DNA from: an uncultured bacterium
GTDB taxonomy: Bacteria; Zixibacteria; MSB-5A5; GN15; FEB-12
DNA: 64,000 bases
Assembly (NCBI GenBank): GCA_965372795.1
Contig: CBDVDR010000008.1
Location: 64,001-128,000 of the forward strand
Direction of reading: 5' to 3'
Shown here one piece after another: positions 51,237 through 60,826 of the stretch (the first letter of the stretch is position 1; each line of letters starts with the position of its first letter). The position numbers and the translations under genes were made by a program. Below the pieces are notes generated by a model. It did not search any database and was not told the DNA's origin. It worked only from the letters and a program-made list of their open reading frames with translations.

Positions 51237-52343
51237 ATGGTAATTGAATTTGATAAGAAAGAACGTGAAAAAGCTTTATTAGTTGCTCTTTGTAAGAATT
51301 CAAAGCTTCGAGCTGATACTGAACTTTCATTAAAGGAACTCTCTTTGTTGGCTTCATCAGCCGGAGCCAAGGTACTTGGCAACAGGATACAGAATAAACC
51401 GAAGCCGAATCCGGCATTTTATATTGGAAAAGGCTTAGTTGAAGAACTCAAAGAAGAACTAAAAGACAAAGGCGGGAATTGTATCATTTTTGATGATATA
51501 CTTTCACCGGCACAGCAAAGAAACCTTGAAAAAGCTTTTGAAGTTAAAGTTATTGACCGGGCAATTCTTATTCTGGATATTTTTGCAATACGAGCCCGTA
51601 CATCTGCTTCTCGATTACAAGTCGAACTTGCCCAGCTTGAATATACTTTACCCCGTTTAACCGGAGCCTGGGTGCATTTTTCAAGGCAGTATGGTGGTAT
51701 TGGCGCTAAAGGTCCGGGGGAAACCCAGTTGGAGATTGATCGTCGTCAGGTACGGACAAAAATATCTCAACTTAAAAAAAGACTTAAAAAATTAGATATT
51801 CAACGACAAACCCAGCGTAAACGAAGGCAGTCTTTATTTAAAATTGCAATGGTAGGCTATACCAATGCCGGTAAGTCTACTCTCTTTAATAGACTTACCA
51901 AGTCAGAAGTTACAACTGCGAATCGTTTATTTACTACTCTTGATTCAACAACCAGAGTTATGTCATCCGGCTATCCTTGTCAGATTGTTTTTTCTGATAC
52001 GGTTGGTTTTATTCAAAAACTTCCTCATCAATTAGTAGAATCGTTTAAGTCAACCCTTGAAGAAGTCAAACTTGCCGATCTGTTATTACATGTGGTTGAT
52101 TACTCCAGTCTTAAAAAAGATGAACAGATCAGTCAGACTATGTCAGTACTTAAAGAAATTGATGCTCATAAAGTGCCTTCATTACTCATTAATAATAAAA
52201 TTGATTTAATTGAGGATCCCTTGAGTATTTCTGATGAAAATAACTTCTATATTTCTGCTCATACCGGAAAAGGAATTTCAGCTCTTCAAGCTGAAATTAT
52301 TTTACGTTCAAATAACTTCATGGCTCAACATATTAGAAAATAG
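51237..52343 (+). CDS. hflX: GTPase HflX
   Basis: LSPAQQRNLE, QVELAQLEY, GPGETQLE, GYTNAGKSTL, DTVGFI, NKID. Confidence 0.97.
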   Translation: MVIEFDKKEREKALLVALCKNSKLRADTELSLKELSLLASSAGAKVLGNRIQNKPKPNPAFYIGKGLVEELKEELKDKGGNCIIFDDILSPAQQRNLEKAFEVKVIDRAILILDIFAIRARTSASRLQVELAQLEYTLPRLTGAWVHFSRQYGGIGAKGPGETQLEIDRRQVRTKISQLKKRLKKLDIQRQTQRKRRQSLFKIAMVGYTNAGKSTLFNRLTKSEVTTANRLFTTLDSTTRVMSSGYPCQIVFSDTVGFIQKLPHQLVESFKSTLEEVKLADLLLHVVDYSSLKKDEQISQTMSVLKEIDAHKVPSLLINNKIDLIEDPLSISDENNFYISAHTGKGISALQAEIILRSNNFMAQHIRK

Positions 52344-52391
52344 TATTAAATATAATCTAATTTTGTCGATATAAGAATTAGAGGAAATAAT

Positions 52392-52748
52392 ATGGCAAAG
52401 ACTATTCTAATTGTAGATGACAACCCAAATATGTCGGCTTTACTGTCGGAAATGCTTGATATTTTCGATTTTGAATCGGTATTAGCACGAGACGGTAGAG
52501 AAGCACTAGACAAACTTGAGGATAAAAATTTCTCTTTGGTAATCACAGATATGAGAATGCCTAATATGACAGGCTTGGAACTACTTGAAAAAGTAAAAGA
52601 AAAATTTCCTAAAATGCCGGTAGTATTAATTTCCGGCTATTCAATAGGAGATTTTGAAGATAACAAGGCTGCTAATAAACCTGATGGTTTTCTTGCTAAA
52701 CCATTCATGATGTCTGATATAGAAAAACTTCTTAATTCTCTCTTATAA
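52392..52748 (+). CDS. Single-domain (CheY-like) response regulator
   Basis: ILIVDD, TDMRMP, ISG, KPF. Confidence 0.92.
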   Translation: MAKTILIVDDNPNMSALLSEMLDIFDFESVLARDGREALDKLEDKNFSLVITDMRMPNMTGLELLEKVKEKFPKMPVVLISGYSIGDFEDNKAANKPDGFLAKPFMMSDIEKLLNSLL

Positions 52749-52812
52749 TTTCAAAATCTGATTCTTTCGTTTTCTTGTTTACAATCGTATATTCTTTACT
52801 GTTTATTATACT

Positions 52813-53487
52813 ATGTTAAAAGATTATTTAAAATTATCTCAGTTGTTTTCTGAATTGGATGAACAATCCTTAACGGAAATAAGCATGGCTGCGTCTCTTA
52901 AGAAAATTTCCAAAGGTGAAATAATATTTTATGATGGTGATCCGGCGATTGCATTTTTCATTGTTGGATCAGGGAAAGTTAAAGTTTATAAATTGTCCAG
53001 TGAAGGCAAAGAACAAATTCTGATGATCGCATCCCCCGGTGATAGTTTTGCCGAGGCGGCACTCTTTGGAGAAAAAATATATCCAGCATCAGCAGAGTGT
53101 ATAGAGGACAGCGAAGTTATCATGTTTCATGGAGACAAATTTATTGGAGTTTTAGGACGTAATCCAAACCTCGCATTTGCCATGATTGCCCGATTATCAG
53201 AATTGCTTCGTAAACTAACCAAACTTGTTGAAGGATTAGCTTTGACCGATGTTACCACTCGGTTAGCGCATTATTTAGTGGAAAAAATTGAAGAGTCTGA
53301 AAATGAAAAAATGACTTTAACTCTCACTGAAAAAAAATCAATTCTGGCTTCCCTATTAGGTACAATTCCCGAAACTCTTTCGAGATCGTTTTATAAACTT
53401 ACAAAAGAGAAAGTTATTGAAGTCAACCGATCTAATATCCAAATACTTGACTATGAAAGACTTATAGAAATATCCAATCAAGGTTAA
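52813..53487 (+). CDS. CRP/FNR-family regulator (Dnr/HcpR-like, no N-terminal Cys cluster)
   Basis: cNMP-binding fold (GKVKVYK..EGKEQIL, FAEAALF); HTH LASLLGTIPETLSR. Confidence 0.9.
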   Translation: MLKDYLKLSQLFSELDEQSLTEISMAASLKKISKGEIIFYDGDPAIAFFIVGSGKVKVYKLSSEGKEQILMIASPGDSFAEAALFGEKIYPASAECIEDSEVIMFHGDKFIGVLGRNPNLAFAMIARLSELLRKLTKLVEGLALTDVTTRLAHYLVEKIEESENEKMTLTLTEKKSILASLLGTIPETLSRSFYKLTKEKVIEVNRSNIQILDYERLIEISNQG

Positions 53488-53541
53488 CCAGCGTAGTTTT
53501 AAGATTATTAGGAAAATAGAATTTATCCTTGAAACAGCCGG

Positions 53542-53555
53542 TTGACTTAAGTCAT
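53542..53555. promoter_or_regulatory. FNR/Dnr-type box
   Basis: TTGAC-TTAA-GTCAT between the regulator gene and the next gene. Confidence 0.55.
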
Positions 53556-53618
53556 ATATTTATATCCTGTTTTCTCCGATTATTATCATAAATAATAAGA
53601 ATTAAAAGGAGAAAAATT

Positions 53619-54113
53619 ATGGGATTTTTTAAAAAAGAACAACAACCCACCGAATGTGGTTGCCCCGGATCGGCAATGCAGCAATTTGACGATCAGGAAT
53701 CAACTGAAGCTCAAGGAGAATCAGTTTCAATTCCGTCTGAATTACGTCAATGGCCGGTACAGTTAATGTTGGTACCACCTACAGCTCCATACTTCAAAAA
53801 TTCAGAATTAGTAATAACTGCCGATTGTGTGCCGTTTGCTTATGGTAATTTTCATCAGGACTTTTTAAAAGATAAACCGATTGTAATAGCCTGTCCGAAA
53901 TTGGATGATTTACAATTCTATGTTGGTAAATTGACTGAAATTTTCAAGGCTAATGATTTGAAATCATGTGAAGTGCTTTTAATGGAAGTTCCTTGCTGTG
54001 GCGGATTAGCTGAAGCTGCCAGAGCTGCTAAAGAACAAGCCGGCGCAACCTTTCCTCTCAAAGTAACAACCGTTGGTGTTCGTGGTGAAAATATGGGAAC
54101 TAAAGAAATCTAA
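53619..54113 (+). CDS. Cys-rich putative Fe-S protein
   Basis: CGCPGS, WPVQL, ADC, CPKLD, MEVPCCGGL. Confidence 0.8.
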   Translation: MGFFKKEQQPTECGCPGSAMQQFDDQESTEAQGESVSIPSELRQWPVQLMLVPPTAPYFKNSELVITADCVPFAYGNFHQDFLKDKPIVIACPKLDDLQFYVGKLTEIFKANDLKSCEVLLMEVPCCGGLAEAARAAKEQAGATFPLKVTTVGVRGENMGTKEI

Positions 54114-54456
54114 GCTATAAATTTACCGTTGAGGAATTGTACGGTTGCTATACCTTTAGTTATGCTATCTTGTGCTAAATAAATTATTAGGCGTTACTGA
54201 AAAAGATATTGAAAATTATTGACACTGTAACGCCTACAATTCCATTTGAAATATATCATTGAACTCGGTTGGTTAACCGAAATAAATCTTTTTTAATTAA
54301 ATATAATTATTTACTAATGACATTTCCCTTTACTGTGTCCATGACTATGATGAGAATTATTATTTTCAACAATGGTTAATTGTTCATTTTTGTCATTATA
54401 TAGAGAAAAATAAAGCGCAGAATTATAGAAAATACTTTTTATGTCAGGAAATTAAT

Positions 54457-54485
54457 AAAAAAAGGCGGAATTGAATTCCGCCTCT
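54457..54485 (-). terminator. Intrinsic terminator
   Basis: AGGCGGAATT-G-AATTCCGCCT with A7 tract on + (U-tract on -). Confidence 0.7.
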
Positions 54486-54506
54486 ATTTATGCCTGAATT
54501 CTATGG

Positions 54507-56738
54507 TTATTTTTTCTTCACATTATCTTTTGAAAGAACTGAAAAGAATTCATTAAAATGAAATTTCTTCGGGTTTGTTTCAAATGGTCCGAGTTCAAAG
54601 GTTGATTTCCCTGCTGGAATCATTTGCTTTATAAAACTACTATTATTTTCTTCTTCGACTCGAATAATAACCGGCATCTTAAATTCATCAGGTACTTTTT
54701 GAGTATTACATTGAACTTCAACGAAATATTTGCCATCTTTTTGAATCATCGAATATTCAATATCATATTCAGGGTAATTGGTGCCATAAAGCCATTGACT
54801 AAAGAACCAATCAAGCTTGTCGCCATACCTTTTTTCGGCTATTTGGACAACATCGGCGTTACTAAAAGTTTTACTATTGGAACGAACGATCAACTCATGT
54901 AGAAATTTAATAAAGATTCGATCTGACTGGGTTTCGGTATCAAACATTAAAAACCGCAGCATGTGAATCAGCCAGGCACCTTTATTCTGACGAATAGTTG
55001 CAAATGGGACAGTTTCGGAAGCCCTGAAACCGGTTGCAAGGGGCACGTCCCAGTTACGATCAACGATCCGATAAACCGAGTCACGTTTATTTACTAAATT
55101 GGAATAGAACTGACTGCCATCTAAGTCAGCCTGCATAAAAAGCAATGAAAGATATTCCGGAACAGCCTCGTAGAGCCAGGCTTCACGGTTGGATGCGTGT
55201 TGTGCCAGCGAACCATACCATTGTCTGGCAACCGTATTTCCGGCAAGAATATGAAAGCCACCGACATCTTCCAGAGAACCGTCGGTTATACAGGCAATTT
55301 GAGGAGCTTTAATTAAACCCGGCATGCTGAGTAAATATCCCTCGGGGTAAATGTATTCAACAAAGGTACCGAATGGGGCGCCGAATCTCCCGGCATAAAA
55401 ATTAAAAGCTCTCAAAATTGTTCCTTCAAATTTATCGTCGGGGATATAACAATCCATCCGTTTATGAAGGTGTTTTGATTTTAGAAAATTAAGGGTCAAA
55501 CCCATATCAGAGGTTTGGCTCAAGGTATCGTAACCCGAGGCATAACCCTGGAAAATGTACTTTCTGTATGGTCTTTGGGTTTTGATTGTAATCTGTTTTC
55601 TTCCCTTGTCAAGCTGTGTTCCTTCAACCATATCCGGTCCGATATAGTTATAATCTTTTGGGACATTCAAAGTAATTGTATTCATAAATGGTTTTGGATT
55701 TTCAAAAGCCGGCAGGGCACAGTCAAAAGTTTTACCTTTATACCATAATGTTAAGGCGATGGTATCACCCTTAAATTTGTATTCGGGAAGAATTATATTA
55801 ATACATCCAAAATCCCTTCTGTGATGATAATCGACCGGAATACCCTTGTAAAACACAGAATCAGTTTTAATGTTAAAATGTAAAAACATAGTTATAAAAC
55901 GAAGACTGTCGTCATTTATAGCGAGTCTGACCGTGCATTCTCCCGGATCTATTGCCATGCCATCAAGTCCGGTCATTTCTAAAGTCGCATTGATATCAAT
56001 TGGTTCAATATTGTAGGAAATGTTTGACAGATCGGAGTTATCATAAATTGCAGATTCTTTTTTTTGGAGTACTACTCCGTCAGTTGCAACAACATCGCCA
56101 CCTTCTATTTCATAGGCAAGTCTTACTTCTTCAGCACGATCCGGATCGAAACTAAAATTAAAACGATTAAAATCAATCCAAAAATATCCATCGTTGTTTC
56201 GTTCGTAGACAGATTTCAGCAGTTGGAAATTATTATCATACTTATGCTTGATACTTGGGCGGAAAAAATATTCCCCTTGTGATTCCTTAGCGACGTTATA
56301 GGTACGCCATCCGAGCTCTTCATCTTCAAATTGAAAATTTTCTTCAAGCAGCTTGTCAAAATCATCAGCCATGCGTATAAAACAGTTCTCAAAATTTTCA
56401 TTGATCATAGAATCATTAGCAATTGAAGATAGTGATAGTTTTTCCATTTCAGATGGAATAACAATCGTTGCCGTACCTTTACCAATAAAAATGGCTGTTG
56501 TCGGCCTGTTCTCAATATAACGCAGAAGATGAATAGTACCTTCTTCAAAAGTGAAGGTTGCGATATCTTTTTTATAAACGAAATTTTTAACTTGAGCAAC
56601 TCTTCCATAACTTTTTAGCAGATCAATTTCGATCTGTGAATAATTATCTTTTAATTGCTTGAAGAATTCGCTTTCATTTGCATTTGCAGATATACTGTAG
56701 ATCATCAGAATTAATAACAGTAAGCAACATTTTTTCAT
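54507..56738 (-). CDS. Secreted M1 aminopeptidase-like protein with degenerate zinc motif
   Basis: Signal peptide; ARQWYG..WLYE, KGAWLIHMLR, LDWFFSQWLYGT; HEXXH absent. Confidence 0.75.
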   Translation of the reverse strand: MKKCCLLLLILMIYSISANANESEFFKQLKDNYSQIEIDLLKSYGRVAQVKNFVYKKDIATFTFEEGTIHLLRYIENRPTTAIFIGKGTATIVIPSEMEKLSLSSIANDSMINENFENCFIRMADDFDKLLEENFQFEDEELGWRTYNVAKESQGEYFFRPSIKHKYDNNFQLLKSVYERNNDGYFWIDFNRFNFSFDPDRAEEVRLAYEIEGGDVVATDGVVLQKKESAIYDNSDLSNISYNIEPIDINATLEMTGLDGMAIDPGECTVRLAINDDSLRFITMFLHFNIKTDSVFYKGIPVDYHHRRDFGCINIILPEYKFKGDTIALTLWYKGKTFDCALPAFENPKPFMNTITLNVPKDYNYIGPDMVEGTQLDKGRKQITIKTQRPYRKYIFQGYASGYDTLSQTSDMGLTLNFLKSKHLHKRMDCYIPDDKFEGTILRAFNFYAGRFGAPFGTFVEYIYPEGYLLSMPGLIKAPQIACITDGSLEDVGGFHILAGNTVARQWYGSLAQHASNREAWLYEAVPEYLSLLFMQADLDGSQFYSNLVNKRDSVYRIVDRNWDVPLATGFRASETVPFATIRQNKGAWLIHMLRFLMFDTETQSDRIFIKFLHELIVRSNSKTFSNADVVQIAEKRYGDKLDWFFSQWLYGTNYPEYDIEYSMIQKDGKYFVEVQCNTQKVPDEFKMPVIIRVEEENNSSFIKQMIPAGKSTFELGPFETNPKKFHFNEFFSVLSKDNVKKK

Positions 56739-56792
56739 ATAGATTTCCTTTCCCTCTTTATACTGGCATTCTATTTATAACGAATCGTCCGG

Positions 56793-57350
56793 TTATTTGT
56801 CAATTTTTCTTCCGGTTAAATTTTGTATTATTTTTAAAAATTGAAGGTACTTTTCATCACAATTAATCCGGGCTTCAATAAAAATATACCCGGGATGGTC
56901 TTTCCATACATTTTTAAGCGCATTTTCAATTATTAGAGCTTCTTCAATATTTTCAATTCTAATCTGATCCTGAGTATAAAACTTATCCCCAAGGTTTGCA
57001 GCTGATCCAAGCTGGATCACATGATTATATCTACGATACTCATTCTCTAAAGTTGTTCCTACAGTTGATATTGTTTCCGGGTGAAAGGCAAAGGCATCAA
57101 CAGTGCCCCGGTCGGTTATAAATGAGTAGTTCGAGTATTCATTTTCCCGCTCTATTTGTTTATTATAAATTAGAATATGAAATTCAAGCCAGTTCTTGCG
57201 GAAATTCGAGTTTTCCTTTAACAGTTGGCGAGCCATTTCATCAAAAAAAATAAATTCCTCAAATGATTTTTCTTTTCGAAGCCGGTTTAGAAATTCTGTT
57301 TTCCCTGATCCCGGTCCGCCAGTGATTACTATTTTATAATTATCTTTCAC
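56793..57350 (-). CDS. P-loop ATPase/kinase (AAA_28/NadR-like)
   Basis: IVITGGPGSGKT, EMAR, TDRGTVD. Confidence 0.8.
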   Translation of the reverse strand: MKDNYKIVITGGPGSGKTEFLNRLRKEKSFEEFIFFDEMARQLLKENSNFRKNWLEFHILIYNKQIERENEYSNYSFITDRGTVDAFAFHPETISTVGTTLENEYRRYNHVIQLGSAANLGDKFYTQDQIRIENIEEALIIENALKNVWKDHPGYIFIEARINCDEKYLQFLKIIQNLTGRKIDK

Positions 57351-57501
57351 TATTAAATATTTACACAGTTGATTTATTAAGTCAATAATTTAAATGATGA
57401 ATTAACAGCTTCGTTTAAAAAATAATTGTGTGACATTTACTCTACTCTCTCGTATAATGAGTTGAGTTTCTACTTTAATTCTATTGTCATAGAGGTTACT
57501 G

Positions 57502-58674
57502 ATGAATATTGATAAAATTCAGGAATATCTGAAAGAAAATAAACTTGATGGTTGGCTGATGTCTGATTTTCATGGTCGCAATGAAATTGCCATGAGAATT
57601 CTTAATATCAAAGGGATGCTTACCCGCAGATTTTTCTACTTTATCCCCGCAGATGGCAAACCAATCGCATTAATTCATAAAGTTGAAAAAAATATCTTCA
57701 AAAATCTGGGTGGGGATCATTTATATTTTTCAAGTTACACCCAGCTTGAATCTAATCTTAAAGAGATTCTCGACGGTCATTTCTTAATCGCTATGGAATA
57801 TTCACCTAATGGCAGGTTACCGTATATCGGTCTGGTTGATGCCGGTACGATTGAGCTTATCAGGAGTTATGGAGTAGAGATTGTCACGTCGGCAGATATG
57901 GTCGCTCATTTTCTTGCCAAACTAAATGACCAACAGGTTGAATCACATCAAAAAGCAGCTATTTTAGTAAATCAAATTAAAGATAATGCATTTGCATTTA
58001 TTAAAGAATCACTCGATTCAAATAAAAAAGTTACAGAATACGATGTTACTCAATTTATCCGCGGGCAATTCAAAAATAATAATATGGTAACTGATCACTC
58101 GCCTATCTGTGGAGTCGATGCGAATGCGGGAAATCCTCATTATGAGCCGACGGCCGAGGTTGCGGCTGAAATTAAAAAGGGACAACTTATTTTGATCGAT
58201 TTATGGGCGAAACTGAATCAGGATGATGCGGTTTTTGCAGATATAACCTGGATGGGCTTTGCCGGCTCAAAACAGGAGATTCCTGAAAAATATTCAAAGA
58301 TATTTTCAGTTCTGGCTCAGGCTCGTGATAAAGCGGTTGAAACCCTCAAGGAAAAAATAGGGCGACAGGAAGTCTATGGAAGTGAAATCGATGATGCCTG
58401 TCGGAATGTGATCGAGGATGCCGGTTTTGGTGACTATTTTGTACATCGCACCGGACATTCAATTACAACCGATGTCCATGGAACCGGTCCGAATATTGAT
58501 AATCTTGAAACTGAAGATAGCCGAAAATTACAAATTGGTCATCTGTTCTCAATTGAACCGGGAATTTATCTTGATGATTGCGGATTCCGTACTGAAATAG
58601 ATGTCTATATTACCGCAAATGGTCCTGAAATTGCCACCCTTCCATTACAAACAGAAATATTAGCTCTCTATTAA
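57502..58674 (+). CDS. Xaa-Pro (M24) metallopeptidase
   Basis: NPHY, IDLW, ADITW, HRTGH, SIEPGIY, RTE. Confidence 0.92.
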   Translation: MNIDKIQEYLKENKLDGWLMSDFHGRNEIAMRILNIKGMLTRRFFYFIPADGKPIALIHKVEKNIFKNLGGDHLYFSSYTQLESNLKEILDGHFLIAMEYSPNGRLPYIGLVDAGTIELIRSYGVEIVTSADMVAHFLAKLNDQQVESHQKAAILVNQIKDNAFAFIKESLDSNKKVTEYDVTQFIRGQFKNNNMVTDHSPICGVDANAGNPHYEPTAEVAAEIKKGQLILIDLWAKLNQDDAVFADITWMGFAGSKQEIPEKYSKIFSVLAQARDKAVETLKEKIGRQEVYGSEIDDACRNVIEDAGFGDYFVHRTGHSITTDVHGTGPNIDNLETEDSRKLQIGHLFSIEPGIYLDDCGFRTEIDVYITANGPEIATLPLQTEILALY

Positions 58675-58675
58675 T

Positions 58676-59284
58676 ATGTTTGTAAAAGACAATCTTATCA
58701 AAGAAATGGTCGAACAATATGGGAAGCCATTAAAGAAAAGTTTTGAATTTGAAGTCAGCCTTGAAGAACTCCAACGAATCAAATCATCTCAAAAAAAGGG
58801 ACGCAATCATGATGTGACTCTTTATATCTTAAAAGAAAATAAGATTGTCGTGATTGCAAAACCGTTTTACCCCCCTAATATGTATCGGGCGCCATCAGGC
58901 GGCTTGAATCCAGATGAGGATTTTTATCAAGGGGGATATCGGGAGGCGATGGAAGAAACCGGATGTGAGATAAAGTTTGAAAAATTTCTACTTCAAACCG
59001 ATGTTAAGTTTGTTTGTGAAGAGGCAAAAAATATAAAGGATGATGACAATAAAAATCTGACATTTGATAAGAGTCATGAAGTAACCTGGCGGTCCTTTGT
59101 TTTTCAGGCTCGATATATTGATGGTGATTTTAATTTTACCGACACCAGAGAAATTAGCGAAGTCCGTATGGCATCGCTTGAAGAATTTGAAAGCTATTCA
59201 AAGATAATGCGTTCAATGAATATTGGAGGGCTTCATTATCGAGCAGCTTTACATGACAGTGTGAAAAATTTATTAAAGTTTTAA
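58676..59284 (+). CDS. NUDIX hydrolase
   Basis: PSGGLNPDEDFYQGGYREAMEETG Nudix box. Confidence 0.88.
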   Translation: MFVKDNLIKEMVEQYGKPLKKSFEFEVSLEELQRIKSSQKKGRNHDVTLYILKENKIVVIAKPFYPPNMYRAPSGGLNPDEDFYQGGYREAMEETGCEIKFEKFLLQTDVKFVCEEAKNIKDDDNKNLTFDKSHEVTWRSFVFQARYIDGDFNFTDTREISEVRMASLEEFESYSKIMRSMNIGGLHYRAALHDSVKNLLKF

Positions 59285-59920
59285 AACAATTTGAATCAAG
59301 CTGTGTTGATGTTCAGGGCTGTTTCCGTGACGATGCAATGCACCCATTCCGGACCAATTATAAATTAATTCTTTATAATCAAATAATTGTAGAATTTCAT
59401 CGGGCTCAAAAAAAGTTCTAAAATTCCCATTATTATCTGAATAGCAGTTCCGGTCGATTTTATTCCAGTTTTTTGAAATTTTTAAAAACGATGGATCTCC
59501 GGTTGCAAAAGCAGTTATAAATAGAAGGGTTCCTTCAGTACTCCAGTTACCAATTTTGCAAATAAGCTTTGAAATTTGTTCTCTGGAAAGAATTTGTAAT
59601 AATCCAAATATGAGGATTGCCCCAAAAGGCTTTTTGATTGGCTCAAAATCCTGAAAATCACAATTGTATGCATTGATATTATCAAATAATTCTGAATTGA
59701 TTGAGATTTGCTCTATTGCTTTGGATGATGGGTCAATGGAGTTGAGCTCAAACCCCTTTTTTGCAAGAAAATAGCTGTTTCTGCCCTGTCCGGCACCTAT
59801 ATCCAACACAATCGGATAAACACGACTAATCATGTCATGATATTTAATTAGTATTGATTCAGGCTCATTTCCAAAGAGTTCCGAACTTTCAGAATAGGCA
59901 TTGTCATAATTTACCGGCAT
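59273..59920 (-). CDS. Class I SAM-dependent methyltransferase (TehB-like)
   Basis: VLDIGAGQGRNSYFLAKKG; true start near MPVNY, since the ORF extension overlaps rpmH. Confidence 0.8.
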   Translation of the reverse strand: MPVNYDNAYSESSELFGNEPESILIKYHDMISRVYPIVLDIGAGQGRNSYFLAKKGFELNSIDPSSKAIEQISINSELFDNINAYNCDFQDFEPIKKPFGAILIFGLLQILSREQISKLICKIGNWSTEGTLLFITAFATGDPSFLKISKNWNKIDRNCYSDNNGNFRTFFEPDEILQLFDYKELIYNWSGMGALHRHGNSPEHQHSLIQIVLKL

Positions 59921-59987
59921 AATCATAAAAATAATGAATAAACCTAAAAAAGAGAAGTATTTATAACGATTCTTGGTATTAAACTCC

Positions 59988-60015
59988 TTGACGAAAATTT
60001 TATATTTGTTATATT
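59988..60015 (+). promoter_or_regulatory. Sigma-70 promoter of the rpmH operon
   Basis: TTGACG-N16-TATATT with extended -10 TGn. Confidence 0.6.
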
Positions 60016-60043
60016 CGAAGGCTAAAATATTTAGGAATGGATT

Positions 60044-60196
60044 ATGAAAAGAACATATCAACCTTCGAGAAGAAAAAGACTGAACGACCACGGTTTTAGA
60101 AAACGTATGTCGGACAAAAACGGTCGGCTAGTCCTTGCCAGGCGTCGCGCTAAAGGCAGAAAGAGACTAACTCCTACCGTTGCAAAAAGAAAATAA
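60044..60196 (+). CDS. rpmH: 50S ribosomal protein L34 (not in ORF track)
   Basis: Translates to [50 protein letters not shown]. Confidence 0.97.
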   Translation: MKRTYQPSRRKRLNDHGFRKRMSDKNGRLVLARRRAKGRKRLTPTVAKRK

Positions 60197-60527
60197 ACTT
60201 CCCAGAACTTTAAGCCTGAAAAGCAAGAATGAGATCAGTCAACTTTTTGACTCAGGCAATAAAATTCATGGGAGTTTGTTTACTTTGATTTGGGAAGTGA
60301 GCGATAATTTTAAGTACGGGATATTTGTCTCGAAAAAAACCGGCAGCGCTGTTGAAAGAAATAAAATTAAGCGGTTTTTTCGGGAAGCTGTCCGGCTTAA
60401 TAAAAATAAACTTGAAAAAGTTTATAAATTAGGATTTCTTCCCAGAAAAACAATGAAACCCGAGTTTGACCAGATAAATGCCGAAGTCAATCGAATATTC
60501 TCAGCGCTTAACGATGCAGGAAAGTAA
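60180..60527 (+). CDS. rnpA: Ribonuclease P protein component
   Basis: [20 protein letters not shown]; follows rpmH. Confidence 0.93.
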   Translation: MQKENKLPRTLSLKSKNEISQLFDSGNKIHGSLFTLIWEVSDNFKYGIFVSKKTGSAVERNKIKRFFREAVRLNKNKLEKVYKLGFLPRKTMKPEFDQINAEVNRIFSALNDAGK

Positions 60528-60747
60528 AACCTCCTTATTTGCTTACCCATTAATATTTATTATTTACATGTACCGATATTCTTTATCTTCAATTATCGGT
60601 AATCAATGTCGCTTTATGCCGACTTGTTCGCATTATGCTGAGGATGCTTTAAAAAAATATGGAGCTGTAAAAGGGTCTGTTATGGCTGTTAAACGAATAT
60701 TCCGATGTCACCCCTGGCATGCAGGAGGATATGATCCGGTCGAATAG
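60514..60747 (+). CDS. yidD: Membrane protein insertion efficiency factor
   Basis: CRFMPTCSHY, RIFRCHPWHAGGYDPV. Confidence 0.95.
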   Translation: MQESKTSLFAYPLIFIIYMYRYSLSSIIGNQCRFMPTCSHYAEDALKKYGAVKGSVMAVKRIFRCHPWHAGGYDPVE

Positions 60748-60826
60748 CAGGCGAATTCTGAATTAATATGTTCGTAAGTTGCAGATACACAATAGTATAA
60801 CATTAGGATGTTAAGAGGAAATAAAA

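Noticed and set aside
51160..51417. 86-aa N-terminal extension of the TIGR00300 ORF
   Set aside because: Overlaps hflX on the opposite strand; family motifs begin at MAEITK (51159).
59921..60091. N-terminal extension of the methyltransferase ORF
   Set aside because: Overlaps rpmH and its promoter; composition looks intergenic.
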